A DNA stretch of 64,000 bases, taken from an uncultured Desulfobacter sp. Lineage in GTDB: Bacteria > Desulfobacterota > Desulfobacteria > Desulfobacterales > Desulfobacteraceae. The stretch's first letter is position 1; each line of letters starts with the position of its first letter. The notes under the pieces were generated by a model. The model searched no databases. It was given only the letters and a program-made list of their open reading frames with translations, and was not told the DNA's origin. Below are positions 10,988 to 21,490 of this stretch, piece by piece. Position numbers and translations under genes: made by a program. Location: the NCBI GenBank assembly GCA_963665095.1, contig OY762069.1:3936001-4000000 (forward strand), read 5' to 3'.

Positions 10988-11044
10988 ATAGGACTTGATA
11001 ATTTAAAAATATTAAAAAGCTATCTATTGATAGCCTTGTCCTAT
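10988..11044. promoter_or_regulatory. OxyR/LysR-like operator upstream of ahpC
   Basis: ATAG-N7-CTAT at 11030-11044 and ATAG-N7-TAAT at 10988-11002, 42 bp apart. Confidence 0.5.
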
Positions 11045-11204
11045 CGTATGCAGCATACTGATATTTCTCGTGTTTTAAATCCTGCCACCTGTAAAATTGG
11101 GCTTGCCTGAAACCAAAGGAGCTGATTCAATACCTGAAAAACTACCATGCATCCGGAACAGAAATATCCGTATGAAAATAACTTAAAAGCAGGATGGACA
11201 AAAT

Positions 11205-12254
11205 ATGAGACAAAGAGCATTGGAGCTTGGCTTGACGTTTGGATCTTTCAGCAGGGGGGCATGCAATGCCATTACAGATGTACCTGGTGTACAAGTCGGC
11301 CATGCAACACTTATCTGTGATACCCCCTGCACCATCCGCACCGGCGTTACCGCCATCATTCCGGCACCAGATAATTTATTTTCCCATCCTGTCCGGGCCG
11401 GGGCGTTTGTGGTCAACGGTTTTGGTAAAACCGCCGGACTGGTCCAGGTACAGGAGCTGGGCCGGATAGAAACCCCTATTGTCCTGACCAATACGCTTTC
11501 TGTGGGCACTGCCATGGAAGCGGTTGTCCGATATAAAATATCTCGGAATCCGGGCCTTCGAAGTGTCAACCCGGTTATCGGAGAGTGCAATGACGGACTG
11601 CTCAATGATATCCGCAAACTGTCCGTTGAGGTAAGGGATGTGCTACACGCGTTGAAAACAGCCAAAAGCGGCCATATTGAAACCGGAACTGTTGGCGCAG
11701 GCACCGGCATGGTCTGTTTTGGATACAAGGGCGGAATCGGCACCGCGTCCAGGATTATTCCTGTGGATGGTAAAAAATTTACTCTTGGCGTTCTTGTTCT
11801 GTCTAATTATGGCAGCATGGACCAACTGACCGTGTGCGGAAGAAAATTTCCCGTGTCAAAACCTTCGGGAAAAGATCATCAGGATGGTTCCATTATGGTG
11901 ATCATGGGAACAGATCTGCCTCTGTCCAGCCGGCAGCTGACCCGGGTGGCAAAACGGGCGGCATTTGGCGTTGCCCGTACCGGTGGCACCTGCAGCCACG
12001 GGTCCGGAGAAATAGCCATTGCCTTTTCAACGGCCGGCCGCATGCCAAAAGAGAAATCCGCAACGGTGTTTGATGTGCAGATCCTCAATGAAAACCATCC
12101 TGTTATTTCCCAAATATTTGAAGCATCCATTGACTGTGTTGAAGAGGCTGTTATTGATTCAATGCTCACTGCCACCACTTTAAAAGGAATTCACCAAAAC
12201 ACCATCTATGAATTGCCGGTTGAAAACTTTATAGATGTACTGTCTGAAATTTAG
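11205..12254 (+). CDS. dmpA: P1/S58 family aminopeptidase (DmpA-like)
   Basis: NAITDVPGVQVGH, NGFGK, ECND, GAGTGM, GGIGTASR, DGS nucleophile site. Confidence 0.88.
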   Translation: MRQRALELGLTFGSFSRGACNAITDVPGVQVGHATLICDTPCTIRTGVTAIIPAPDNLFSHPVRAGAFVVNGFGKTAGLVQVQELGRIETPIVLTNTLSVGTAMEAVVRYKISRNPGLRSVNPVIGECNDGLLNDIRKLSVEVRDVLHALKTAKSGHIETGTVGAGTGMVCFGYKGGIGTASRIIPVDGKKFTLGVLVLSNYGSMDQLTVCGRKFPVSKPSGKDHQDGSIMVIMGTDLPLSSRQLTRVAKRAAFGVARTGGTCSHGSGEIAIAFSTAGRMPKEKSATVFDVQILNENHPVISQIFEASIDCVEEAVIDSMLTATTLKGIHQNTIYELPVENFIDVLSEI

Positions 12255-12291
12255 CTTGCCTGACAGGTTTGAAACTGATTGAATACCGGCC

Positions 12292-13698
12292 ATGAAATTT
12301 AAGAATGTAACATATGACGGCCTGAAAATTCCTTTGTTTGATGCAGCACCCGGCCAGTTCTGGTGCATATTGGGCCGCAACCGGTCCGGCATTGACACCT
12401 TTTTTAATCTTTTGTCCCATGACGACCTGAAAGGCGACCTGGCATCGTCTTTCCAGCCCGAAGAGACAGGCGTTTTTTCATTTGCTGACCAACAGGCGGT
12501 GTTTGAACAGGAACTAAAAAAAGATGACACCGATTTCATGGATCGCCTGGATCCGGGCACGCCGGCCAGGGAGTTTCTCCATGACCCGCAGGCCCACATG
12601 GAGATGATCCGGGCCTTTGACATGGAACAGGTACTGGACCAGGGATATCGACAGCTCTCCACAGGCCAGGCCAGAAAATTGTTGCTGCTGTCCCATATCA
12701 CCCGTGGCAGTAAATGGCTGGTAATCCAGTCGCCCTTTGACGGGCTGGACACCCGTGCATGCACCCGGCTGGACCTGGCCTTAAGCCACTGCAGGGCCAA
12801 TGGAATAGGAATTCTTGTTTTTGTACACAACCCTGAAGATATCCCGCCAAGCGCCACTCATCTGGGCATCATTGAAAACAGTCAGCTGCGCCACGCCGGA
12901 CCCCGTATGAACATTCAGACCCTGCTGCCGGAATTCCAGGGCCGGGCTCATTTTATTGCCGACCTGAAAGATCTGGTGCCCCACCCTTCACGCCAGGCCC
13001 GGAAACCTGATACCCAGAATCACCATGCCCGCCTGGAACTGGTTCGACTTGAGGACGGGCATGCCGGTTATGGAAACAAAACTATTTTCTCACATCTTGA
13101 TCTGAAAATAGCGGCGGGCGACCATACGCTGGTATCAGGACCAAACGGCTGCGGTAAATCCACCTTGCTCCATGTGATCACCGGAGACCATCCCGCCTGC
13201 TACCAGAACCGGCTGTGGCTGTTTGGCACCCGCAGGGGAACCGGTGAATCAATCTGGGATTTAAAGAAAAGGATGGGCATTGTCAGCACGGATCTTCACC
13301 GCAACTACCGGGTGCCGGGAAGCGCCCTGGACTGCGTTCTCTCCGGCCTGTATGATTCCATCGGCCTTTACCAGAGACCCAGTGCCGAAGAGGAGCAGGC
13401 AGCCTTGGCCTGGCTTGAACGTATCAGCCTGTCAGACAAGGCTGATATCCCGTTCCGCGCCCTCTCCTATGCAGACCAGCGACTGGTTCTCATTGCCCGT
13501 GCCCTGATCAAGCTGCCGGATCTTCTTGTGCTGGATGAACCCACACACGGCCTTGACCGGGTCAACCGCAACGCCATTCTGGATTTCCTGGGCCAGGTCG
13601 CCAATGACAACCTGAGCACCATTTTATATGTCAGCCACAGGGAAGATGAGTTCAGGGATTTTTTTGTCTCTCATCTCCGCCTGGATAACGCAGGCTGA
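12292..13698 (+). CDS. modF: ModF-like tandem ABC ATPase
   Basis: Degenerate first ABC domain; second domain has GPNGCGKST, RRGTGESIWDLK, LDEP. Confidence 0.75.
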   Translation: MKFKNVTYDGLKIPLFDAAPGQFWCILGRNRSGIDTFFNLLSHDDLKGDLASSFQPEETGVFSFADQQAVFEQELKKDDTDFMDRLDPGTPAREFLHDPQAHMEMIRAFDMEQVLDQGYRQLSTGQARKLLLLSHITRGSKWLVIQSPFDGLDTRACTRLDLALSHCRANGIGILVFVHNPEDIPPSATHLGIIENSQLRHAGPRMNIQTLLPEFQGRAHFIADLKDLVPHPSRQARKPDTQNHHARLELVRLEDGHAGYGNKTIFSHLDLKIAAGDHTLVSGPNGCGKSTLLHVITGDHPACYQNRLWLFGTRRGTGESIWDLKKRMGIVSTDLHRNYRVPGSALDCVLSGLYDSIGLYQRPSAEEEQAALAWLERISLSDKADIPFRALSYADQRLVLIARALIKLPDLLVLDEPTHGLDRVNRNAILDFLGQVANDNLSTILYVSHREDEFRDFFVSHLRLDNAG

Positions 13699-13972
13699 AT
13701 TCCTTGCCGTCTCATGCCCATCCCCAACTAATCTGACATATTGTTTTCCCCCCCACCTTTGATGAATGCTGCCGGTTCTGTCTCTTTTTTGTTTCCGGCA
13801 TTTCTTTCGATCTCAACCTGTAACCTATCTGTAACATTAGATAGTTTAATCAAAGCCATACAGCCAGAATCATAAAGCCACCTTCCGGGTTTCATCCTCA
13901 CTGCGATAGTCCTGCCCACCTTATCCGTTAAACAGAGTCTGGCATTTATACTATTAAGTTCAGAGAGGTTAC

Positions 13973-14698
13973 ATGAAGCAACCGAAACGAAAACTGCGCA
14001 ATTTGAGTCGCGTTATTCTGATTTTTGTTTTAACGGGGATAACCAGTGGTGAAATCACCGGCACAGAGACCACCTGCCCAGGCCGGGTCACCATATCCGG
14101 AGAAGCGCCCGCCTTTCTCTTTAAGGCAGAAAACACCTCCCTGCTCCAAATTATCAATGAACTGGAATGGCGGTTTGCAGTAACCTTTGCAGGCCTGGAA
14201 GGTCAGATGGATGACAGGATTTCCATGTCCTGCTCAGGCTCTGTGCCAAACATTATTGAGAAACTGTTAAAAACAGCAAATATAAAAAATTGTGCGTTCA
14301 TCTTTAACTGGGAACGCCTGACCCAGGTGATTGTTATCTCCTATACAGGGCCAGGTCCAGGCCCTGCAGCTGTAACGACACCCCATCCTGCCGGCCGGTT
14401 CAGGGGGACTGCAGTAGAGATCAGGTCGGTGAACCAAGGCTCCCAGGCTGAAAGAGTCGGTCTTGAACCCGATGACATCATTATTACCTACAACGGCCAC
14501 AAAATCACCCACGCAAGGGACCTGATCTCCCAGGTAAAAAAAGACGCGTCTGACGCATCTGCACATATCGTGATCCTTCGGGAGGGCAATCTTCACAAAT
14601 TAAATCTGGAGTCCGGCTCGATAGGCATCTGGGTCTTCACTATCCCCATGGATATTCGTGAATTGAAAGCATATTATAATAAAATAGAATCCGGATAA
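13973..14698 (+). CDS. Exported PDZ-domain protein
   Basis: N-terminal hydrophobic segment; VNQGSQAERVGLEPDDIIITYNG PDZ motif. Confidence 0.7.
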   Translation: MKQPKRKLRNLSRVILIFVLTGITSGEITGTETTCPGRVTISGEAPAFLFKAENTSLLQIINELEWRFAVTFAGLEGQMDDRISMSCSGSVPNIIEKLLKTANIKNCAFIFNWERLTQVIVISYTGPGPGPAAVTTPHPAGRFRGTAVEIRSVNQGSQAERVGLEPDDIIITYNGHKITHARDLISQVKKDASDASAHIVILREGNLHKLNLESGSIGIWVFTIPMDIRELKAYYNKIESG

Positions 14699-14853
14699 TC
14701 TATATTCGATCCAGCACACATTATTCCTATCAAATCCGCACAGGCAAAATAATAAATTGCATTGCATACCTGCCTATCTTATTAATCTGTCTATAGTGTT
14801 GTGTATTTTAATGGCAGAGAGCCATTCACTTAAAAAACATCAGACAGGTTCAT

Positions 14854-15675
14854 ATGACACAAAATTTTTTAATGGCGTTTCTTCTTACGGTATTTGCCGG
14901 GCTCTCAACGGGTATCGGCAGCTCACTGGCCTTTTTTGCCAAACGGACAAACACCCGGATGCTCTCCTATGTGCTGGGCTTTTCTGCCGGTGTGATGATC
15001 TATGTCTCTTTTGTTGAACTATTCCCGTCTGCGGTTTCTGAATTTTCAACCCAGATGGGTGAAAAGCGAGCGCTTTTTTACACCATTCTCTCTTTTTTTG
15101 GCGGAATGCTGGTCATTGCACTGATAGATAAATTTATTCCATCCATGGAAAATCCCCATGAAGCCCGCAAAATTGAAGATATGGACGATAAGTCAAAGGA
15201 AGAGCGGTTCAACAGACTTTACCGCATGGGCATCCTGACGGCCGTGGCCCTGGCCATCCATAATTTCCCCGAAGGCATTGCCGCCTTTATGTCGGCGCTT
15301 TCCAATCCTGAAGTCGGAGTTGCCATTGCCATTGCCATTGCCATACACAATATTCCCGAAGGTATTGCCGTATCTGTCCCCATCTATTATGCCACGGGCA
15401 GTCGCTGGAAAGCGTTCTGGCTCTCGTTTCTTTCCGGACTGGCAGAACCCCTGGGCGCGCTGATCGCCTATGTTGCGCTGCTGCCGTTTCTTAAAGACGA
15501 CGGGGCAGGCGCGGCTGTGGGTGCCATCCTGGCCGCTGTTGCCGGAATTATGGTATTTATCTCCCTGGATGAGCTTCTTCCCAGTGCGGAAGAGTACGGA
15601 GAGCACCACATCGCAATTTATGGGGTTATCAGCGGGATGATACTGATGGCGTTCAGCCTGCTTATGCTTGCCTGA
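14854..15675 (+). CDS. zupT: ZIP family zinc transporter ZupT
   Basis: HNFPEG and HNIPEG motifs, LSGLAEP. Confidence 0.93.
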   Translation: MTQNFLMAFLLTVFAGLSTGIGSSLAFFAKRTNTRMLSYVLGFSAGVMIYVSFVELFPSAVSEFSTQMGEKRALFYTILSFFGGMLVIALIDKFIPSMENPHEARKIEDMDDKSKEERFNRLYRMGILTAVALAIHNFPEGIAAFMSALSNPEVGVAIAIAIAIHNIPEGIAVSVPIYYATGSRWKAFWLSFLSGLAEPLGALIAYVALLPFLKDDGAGAAVGAILAAVAGIMVFISLDELLPSAEEYGEHHIAIYGVISGMILMAFSLLMLA

Positions 15676-15680
15676 GTCCT

Positions 15681-15702
15681 GCCCCGGCCATCTGGCCGGG
15701 GC
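15681..15702. terminator. Hairpin between convergent zupT and the CoA transferase
   Basis: gccccggcca-tc-tggccggggc inverted repeat. Confidence 0.55.
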
Positions 15703-15720
15703 TTGAGATCTTTTCTTCTG

Positions 15721-17889
15721 TTATGATGGACTGCGTTGCAGGGCGTACACCACCGCAGCCCGGAGCGCCCGTTCCCGAAAACACCCGGGCGCTTCAAGCT
15801 TCATTCTTGCCAGCATGGGCTGGATGGCAGCCGGCGGCCGGAAAAGAAACTGGCGGACAATGCCTGCCACGGTTTTGTACCTGCAGGTGGAGATACTGTC
15901 CTTCAGGCCTTTCAGGGCCTTGGCCAGGACGACCTCTTCCTGGGTATAGTCCGTGCCAAAGGGGAAATCCTTGAAAAATCCCTGGGCAATCAGCGGCTGG
16001 ATCAATTTCCGGATCCGGGCGGGCGTGTTGTTCCGGTAGAGTTCGGGAATCTGGTAATCTGCAGCAATTTTTCCTGCTTTTTTCGCCTGGGACAGAAGCT
16101 CTTCCTGGAATCTGGAATCGGTGATGTTCAGCATGGCCTTAATTACATCCTGGTCGCTTTTTCCGCGGAGATCGGCAATGCCGTACTCCGTAACCACGAT
16201 ATCCCTTAAGTGCCTGGGAATGGTGGTGTGACCGTAGTTGAACACGATATTGGAAGAAAGTTTCCCCTTTGATTTTTTGGTGCTTCTGACCATCATGATC
16301 AACCGGCCGTCATCCAGGGCGTGGGCCATGGATACGAAATTGTACTGACCGCCTACCCCGGAAACAATATTACCGCTTTCAAGTCCGTCTGACACCACGG
16401 CACCTAAAAGCGTCACCATCATGCCGGCATTGACAAAACGTCCCTGCCTGCGCTGCAGGGATTTGAGTTCCTCCCCACCGTAAAGCTGATTCACAAAGTC
16501 CACCCCGGTCATGGAGAACAACTTACGCTCTGTTGCAGGCATGTCATTCAGGACCTGGTAAAAATCCCTGGGGCCGATGAAAAATGCCCCGTGGCAGACC
16601 ACACCTTCCTTCAAGCGGACGCCTAAGCTGCGTTCGAGAACCGATCGGGTTTCCGGGTTGTCAAGATCCGCTGCCAGCGTATAACCGTCATGGATAATGC
16701 AGCCGTCCATGTACTCAAAGGGCCCTTGGATAATGCCATATTTCATCAAAAGCCGGAAATCTCCCCGGGTCAGGCGGGTGCTGATAATCTTCTGCGCCAA
16801 AAGGATATCCAGGATATTGGCGGGAATCTCATCGCTGATGACATTACTGTTGAGCAGTTCCTGGATGCCGGCGTGATCGTAAACCCGTCGCTTGAGAATG
16901 CCGTTTTTATACAGCTGGACAAAAACATCCACCAGCATCTCTGTGGCGCCGTATAATCCTTTTTCAAAGGTACCGGTGCCTCCGATTTTCTCAATCAGGC
17001 CTGAATAGTGTTCTTTTATATTAAACGCTTTTAAGGCCTGGTTATACGCCTCGTTATTTTTGTGGCGCATGATCAGGCTTGAGGCAATGGCATCCCCCAG
17101 CGACCCTATGCCAATCTGAAGGGTCCCGTTATCCTTGATCAGACTGGAGACATGCAGGCCGATGAGATGGTCTGCCGGTGCCACAGCCCCCTTGGGTACG
17201 GAAAACAAAGGGAAATCATATTTGGGATCATCAAGGATCAGGTCGTATTCACCGGCTTCCATGACCGCATCCCCGTACATATAGGGCAGGTTTGAGTTCA
17301 TCTGCCCGATGATCATATTTTTATGTCCCTGTTTCCGGACCTCCTTGAGCTTTGCCACCCCCTCCACGGTGAGATCGGGGTTACAGCTCATGGAGATATA
17401 CCGTTTGTCGCCGTTGGGATTGGGCGCCACCAGATTGCCGATGACATTGAGCCCGTTGTCGATAAGATCCCGGATGGCATGGGTATAATTGCTGGAGATA
17501 TAGTTCTGCTGGGCATAGGGAGAATTGAGATATCCCCCGGCCTTGGTGAAAAATTCGCTGATTTTCACATTGGGGGGCAGGTTGTTTTTTCGCAAATCCT
17601 TGACGTATTCAAACTCCACGAAACCGTCCCAGATACGCTTGACTATGGGATCCAGCAACCGGGCCTCAAGGGTGGAGGAAGCCGCCGGTTTTTCAAGGGA
17701 AAGTGCCGTGATAATGGTCAGATCAATAGAAGGATCGTTTTTAGCCCTTTGATACAGGGCATTGGCCAGGTGATTGGGCTTACCCAGCGCCAGGGGCATG
17801 CCAAATACGATTTTGCGCCCCACCTTGTCCAGAATCTGATCAACACACGCCTCAACATCGTTTACGTAAGTACCCTGTGCCGCTGCCAT
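15721..17889 (-). CDS. Long acetyl-CoA hydrolase/transferase family protein
   Basis: PLALGKPN, TLQIGIGSLGD, VSGVGGQYNFV, IVVTEYGIADLRGK. Confidence 0.88.
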   Translation of the reverse strand: MAAAQGTYVNDVEACVDQILDKVGRKIVFGMPLALGKPNHLANALYQRAKNDPSIDLTIITALSLEKPAASSTLEARLLDPIVKRIWDGFVEFEYVKDLRKNNLPPNVKISEFFTKAGGYLNSPYAQQNYISSNYTHAIRDLIDNGLNVIGNLVAPNPNGDKRYISMSCNPDLTVEGVAKLKEVRKQGHKNMIIGQMNSNLPYMYGDAVMEAGEYDLILDDPKYDFPLFSVPKGAVAPADHLIGLHVSSLIKDNGTLQIGIGSLGDAIASSLIMRHKNNEAYNQALKAFNIKEHYSGLIEKIGGTGTFEKGLYGATEMLVDVFVQLYKNGILKRRVYDHAGIQELLNSNVISDEIPANILDILLAQKIISTRLTRGDFRLLMKYGIIQGPFEYMDGCIIHDGYTLAADLDNPETRSVLERSLGVRLKEGVVCHGAFFIGPRDFYQVLNDMPATERKLFSMTGVDFVNQLYGGEELKSLQRRQGRFVNAGMMVTLLGAVVSDGLESGNIVSGVGGQYNFVSMAHALDDGRLIMMVRSTKKSKGKLSSNIVFNYGHTTIPRHLRDIVVTEYGIADLRGKSDQDVIKAMLNITDSRFQEELLSQAKKAGKIAADYQIPELYRNNTPARIRKLIQPLIAQGFFKDFPFGTDYTQEEVVLAKALKGLKDSISTCRYKTVAGIVRQFLFRPPAAIQPMLARMKLEAPGCFRERALRAAVVYALQRSPS

Positions 17890-18027
17890 CACTCCCCCTT
17901 TTACGGTTGTCATGAATGCCACGAATTAACCATATTCTAATACAAACGGCCATGTTGTATAGCATAGGGAAACGGGACACAATCAATGTAGAACCGATTA
18001 TAAAAAAGGCGGGAAAATTATTTAGGC

Positions 18028-18044
18028 ATAGGTAAAACACCTAT
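18028..18044. promoter_or_regulatory. Palindrome ATAGGT-N5-ACCTAT, candidate NarL-family binding site
   Basis: Perfect dyad between the response regulator stop and the CoA-transferase start. Confidence 0.45.
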
Positions 18045-18067
18045 AGCCGAAGACCCCGGTTCCAGGG

Positions 18068-18733
18068 TCAGGACTGATCAGAATTAAGACTTTGAATCCA
18101 GGTCACGGCATACTTCATCAACTCGGCGGCAGAGGCCAGGTTCATCTTCTTTTTTATGCTTTCATGATAGGTTCCAATGGTTTTCACGCTCAGGTTGAGC
18201 ATGTCCGCGATTTCCCGGCGGGTAAATCCCCTGCCAATGAGCTGGAACACTTCAAGCTCCCGGTTGGATAAGGCATCCACACAGGTGTCACTGGTGGCGG
18301 GGCTGCCAGATACCATTTTTCCTAAAAGCGCATCCACCATTTTGGCCGACAGAAAGCGCTTGCCTCCCAGCACCTGGCGTACGGCAGAGACCACATCAAC
18401 CGTCATCTCCTGTTTGGTGATATAGCCCAGGGCACCTGCCCGCAGCACCCGTTCCGCGTACAGGGATTCATCATGCATGGAGATCACAAGCACCGGCAGA
18501 TCCGGGGCGTGTTCCCTGAGGTAATCAATCAGTTCCATGCCGGACCGGTCTTTAAGCGTAATGTCCACGATGGCAAGGTCAGGAGCGGCGGCATCAATCA
18601 GGGTAATGGCCTGGTCCACGCTTTCCGCCTCACCCACCACCTTGAGATCATTTTCCTCATCAATGAGCTGGGCCAGCCCCTTTCTGAAAACAGGATGGTC
18701 ATCTACAATAAATATTTTTTTTCTATCCTGCAC
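18068..18733 (-). CDS. NarL/FixJ family response regulator
   Basis: REC domain (VDDH, D54) plus LuxR HTH LSNRELEVF. Confidence 0.95.
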   Translation of the reverse strand: MQDRKKIFIVDDHPVFRKGLAQLIDEENDLKVVGEAESVDQAITLIDAAAPDLAIVDITLKDRSGMELIDYLREHAPDLPVLVISMHDESLYAERVLRAGALGYITKQEMTVDVVSAVRQVLGGKRFLSAKMVDALLGKMVSGSPATSDTCVDALSNRELEVFQLIGRGFTRREIADMLNLSVKTIGTYHESIKKKMNLASAAELMKYAVTWIQSLNSDQS

Positions 18734-19707
18734 CGGACAATGATCCCCCCTGAAGGATTTTCACCAATGGACAGCCCGGCACCAATGAGGTCTGCCCTGT
18801 GCTGCATGATCAGAAGACCGGTCCCTTTACCGCCGTTTCTTCCTTCATCCATGCCGCAGCCGTTGTCCGCCACTTCAATTATGAAATCGGGTGTTTTGGC
18901 CATCACACGGATCTGTATCTCATCTGCCTTTCCATGCCGGGCTGCATTATTCACGGCTTCGCGTACAATATAGTACATATGCGTGAGGACCTCAACGTTG
19001 CCGAACCCCTGATCCTGAACATCCGAGACCACCCGGCATTTCAGCCCGAAGGCCTTTTGCACATCTGCGGCATACCGGCCCAGGGCCGCCATAAACCCAG
19101 TGTCGGCCAGGTCCACAGACAAAAGCCCTCTGACCATGGCCCGGGTTTTGGAGATGGCCTGGTTGATCAGCTCCCGGATTTCCCGGGCCAGCGGGGCATC
19201 ACTGTGCCCCTGCTTTTCAAGGCGGGCGGACAACAGGGATGACATGGCCTCCACTCCGGCCAGATGAGACCCTAAATCGTCATGCAGCACCCGGCCCATC
19301 TGGCGGCGTTCGTTTTCTGAAATTTCTGCGATCTGCCGCTCCAGCTGCTTCTGCCGGGAAATGTCCGTGATGGATGCCACACTCTGCCGGGTACCGGCAA
19401 TCATGGCTACGGTGAGGATACATTCCCGGATGTTGCCGGCACCGTCTCTGACACGGCAGGGATAGTTGCGCGGGGCAAGATCAGGATACCGGCGACGCAA
19501 CCGGTGGTTGGCCATCACCTTTTCCCGGTCCGCATCCGCCAGCAATTCAGTAATTTTTATTTTGCCCTCAATTTGGGATTTCTCAATGCCGGCCATGCGT
19601 TCAAGCTCTGTATTGACCATGGAGATAGTCATGTCCTCTTCAATGAGGATCGTGGCTGTGCCGGTATTTTCAAAAATAGTTTTATAACGGACAAGGAAGT
19701 CTTCCAT
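18703..19707 (-). CDS. Cytoplasmic PAS / HisKA_3 sensor histidine kinase
   Basis: PAS, LHDDLGSHL, REAVNNAARH, DNGCG, GTGL; no TM segment. Confidence 0.92.
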   Translation of the reverse strand: MEDFLVRYKTIFENTGTATILIEEDMTISMVNTELERMAGIEKSQIEGKIKITELLADADREKVMANHRLRRRYPDLAPRNYPCRVRDGAGNIRECILTVAMIAGTRQSVASITDISRQKQLERQIAEISENERRQMGRVLHDDLGSHLAGVEAMSSLLSARLEKQGHSDAPLAREIRELINQAISKTRAMVRGLLSVDLADTGFMAALGRYAADVQKAFGLKCRVVSDVQDQGFGNVEVLTHMYYIVREAVNNAARHGKADEIQIRVMAKTPDFIIEVADNGCGMDEGRNGGKGTGLLIMQHRADLIGAGLSIGENPSGGIIVRCRIEKKYLL

Positions 19708-19708
19708 A

Positions 19709-20989
19709 TCAAGGCCCCAGAAGTTTTGCCAACCACATGGTTAAAGGCGGATAAAAGGTGATCAGGGCAAGATCCACAATCAGCACCAGCAGAAAAGGCA
19801 GAACCCGGCGGCTCACGGCACCAATGCTGCGCCCGGAAATGGATGAGGAGACAATCAGGCAGATGCCCATGGGCGGGGTGAGCATGCCAATGGAAAGATT
19901 GGCCACCACAATGACGCCCAACTGGACCAGATCAATGTGCAGGGCAGGCACCATGGCCGTGATCATGGGCACCAGCAGGATCAGCGCGGCCGTTGTCTCC
20001 ACAAAAATGCCGGTTGCCAGCAGCACCAGATTGATGAGCAGCAGCAGGCAGGCCGGGTTGTCGGTGATGCCAAGAAGGCCGCCGGCCAGATTTTCCGGAA
20101 TCTGTTCAATGGCTGCGATCCAGGAGAAGACATAGGCTGTGGAAATGATGAACATAACCACGGAAGCGGTAATGCCTGCCTGGCCGAATATGGGAACGAT
20201 ATCTTTTAAAGAGATCTGTCTGTATACCGCCATGGATATAAACAGGGCGTAGACTACGGCCACAGCTGCCGATTCCGTGGCCGTGAACATGCCGGAAAGG
20301 ATCCCGCCCAGGATGATCACAGGTGCGCCCAGCGCAAGCCCCCCTCTTTTAAAGGTGTACCACAGCCGGCCCCGGGAAAATTTCTCCCCGGGCGCAAATC
20401 CGTTTTTCCATGAGATGAAGGTGGCCACAGCGATCAAAGAAAGGGCTATGAGCAGGCCCGGCAGAATGCCTGCGGCAAACAATCGGGAGATGGAAGCCCC
20501 GGTGAGAAATCCAAAAATAATCATGGGAATGGACGGGGGGATAACCACCCCTAACGATCCGCCCGCTGCCTGGACAGCCGCTGAAAAATCAGACGGGTAT
20601 CCGGCCCGCTTCATGGCAGGAATAAGGATGGCCCCCACAGCAGCGGTGTCTGCGGCGGCAGATCCTGAAATTCCGGCAAAAAACATGGCTGACACAATGG
20701 ACACAGCGGCAAGTCCGCCGGGAAGCCAGCCTGTCAGGGCATTGGCAAAATCAATGAGCCGCTGGGACATGCCCCCTTTTTCCATGATAGTGCCGGCATA
20801 CATGAACAAAGGAACTGCCATGAGATGAAAGGAGTCGCAGCCTGCCACCATCCGCTGGACCACCACCATCAAAGGGAAATCCCCCTGAACGGCAATGGTA
20901 ACAAGGGAAGCGGTGCCAATGGCAATGGCAATGGGTGTGTTGATTACAAACAGAAAAAACAGGGTGAGAATTAGCAGTTCAGTGGTCAT
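19709..20989 (-). CDS. dctM: TRAP transporter large permease
   Basis: GISGSAAAD, IPPSIP, TATE, TPPMG. Confidence 0.93.
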   Translation of the reverse strand: MTTELLILTLFFLFVINTPIAIAIGTASLVTIAVQGDFPLMVVVQRMVAGCDSFHLMAVPLFMYAGTIMEKGGMSQRLIDFANALTGWLPGGLAAVSIVSAMFFAGISGSAAADTAAVGAILIPAMKRAGYPSDFSAAVQAAGGSLGVVIPPSIPMIIFGFLTGASISRLFAAGILPGLLIALSLIAVATFISWKNGFAPGEKFSRGRLWYTFKRGGLALGAPVIILGGILSGMFTATESAAVAVVYALFISMAVYRQISLKDIVPIFGQAGITASVVMFIISTAYVFSWIAAIEQIPENLAGGLLGITDNPACLLLLINLVLLATGIFVETTAALILLVPMITAMVPALHIDLVQLGVIVVANLSIGMLTPPMGICLIVSSSISGRSIGAVSRRVLPFLLVLIVDLALITFYPPLTMWLAKLLGP

Positions 20990-21470
20990 GGGAATTCCTG
21001 CTGCCGGAAAGAACCGAACCCATCCCGGCCAGGGCATGAACCATGAAAATAACACCTGCCACAGGCACCACAGCCATGACTATCCACTTGGGAAGGTTTA
21101 AGGCCGGGGTGATCTGAAGCCGCACAAACCAGGCAAACTTAATACCCCAGATAATCATAACGACAAACAGAACCAGCCCTGCCAGCCAGGAAATAACAGC
21201 AGCCGTCTTTTTCACGGGTCCGGGCAGACGCTGAAAAATGGTGTCCACACCGGGATGGACCTGATGATAATAGGCCACCGTAGCAGCAAAAAAGGTCAGC
21301 CAGACCAGAATAATTCTTGCCAGCTCTTCGGACCAGAACAACGAGTGGTTAAGCACATACCTTGAAAATACCTGGGACGCCACAATCACTGTCATGGCAA
21401 TTCCCATCAGGCTTATCAGGCGCTGCATCCACAGGTTCAGGTGCCGGCTCAGATGTATCAGGGCTTTCAT
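20979..21470 (-). CDS. dctQ: TRAP transporter small permease
   Basis: QVFSRYV...WSEELAR; four TM segments. Confidence 0.92.
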   Translation of the reverse strand: MKALIHLSRHLNLWMQRLISLMGIAMTVIVASQVFSRYVLNHSLFWSEELARIILVWLTFFAATVAYYHQVHPGVDTIFQRLPGPVKKTAAVISWLAGLVLFVVMIIWGIKFAWFVRLQITPALNLPKWIVMAVVPVAGVIFMVHALAGMGSVLSGSRNSHDH

Positions 21471-21490
21471 TCAGAATAGAAACGCTTTGA

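Noticed and set aside
13728..13919. 63-aa minus-strand ORF
   Set aside because: No motif or clear RBS; cannot be supported
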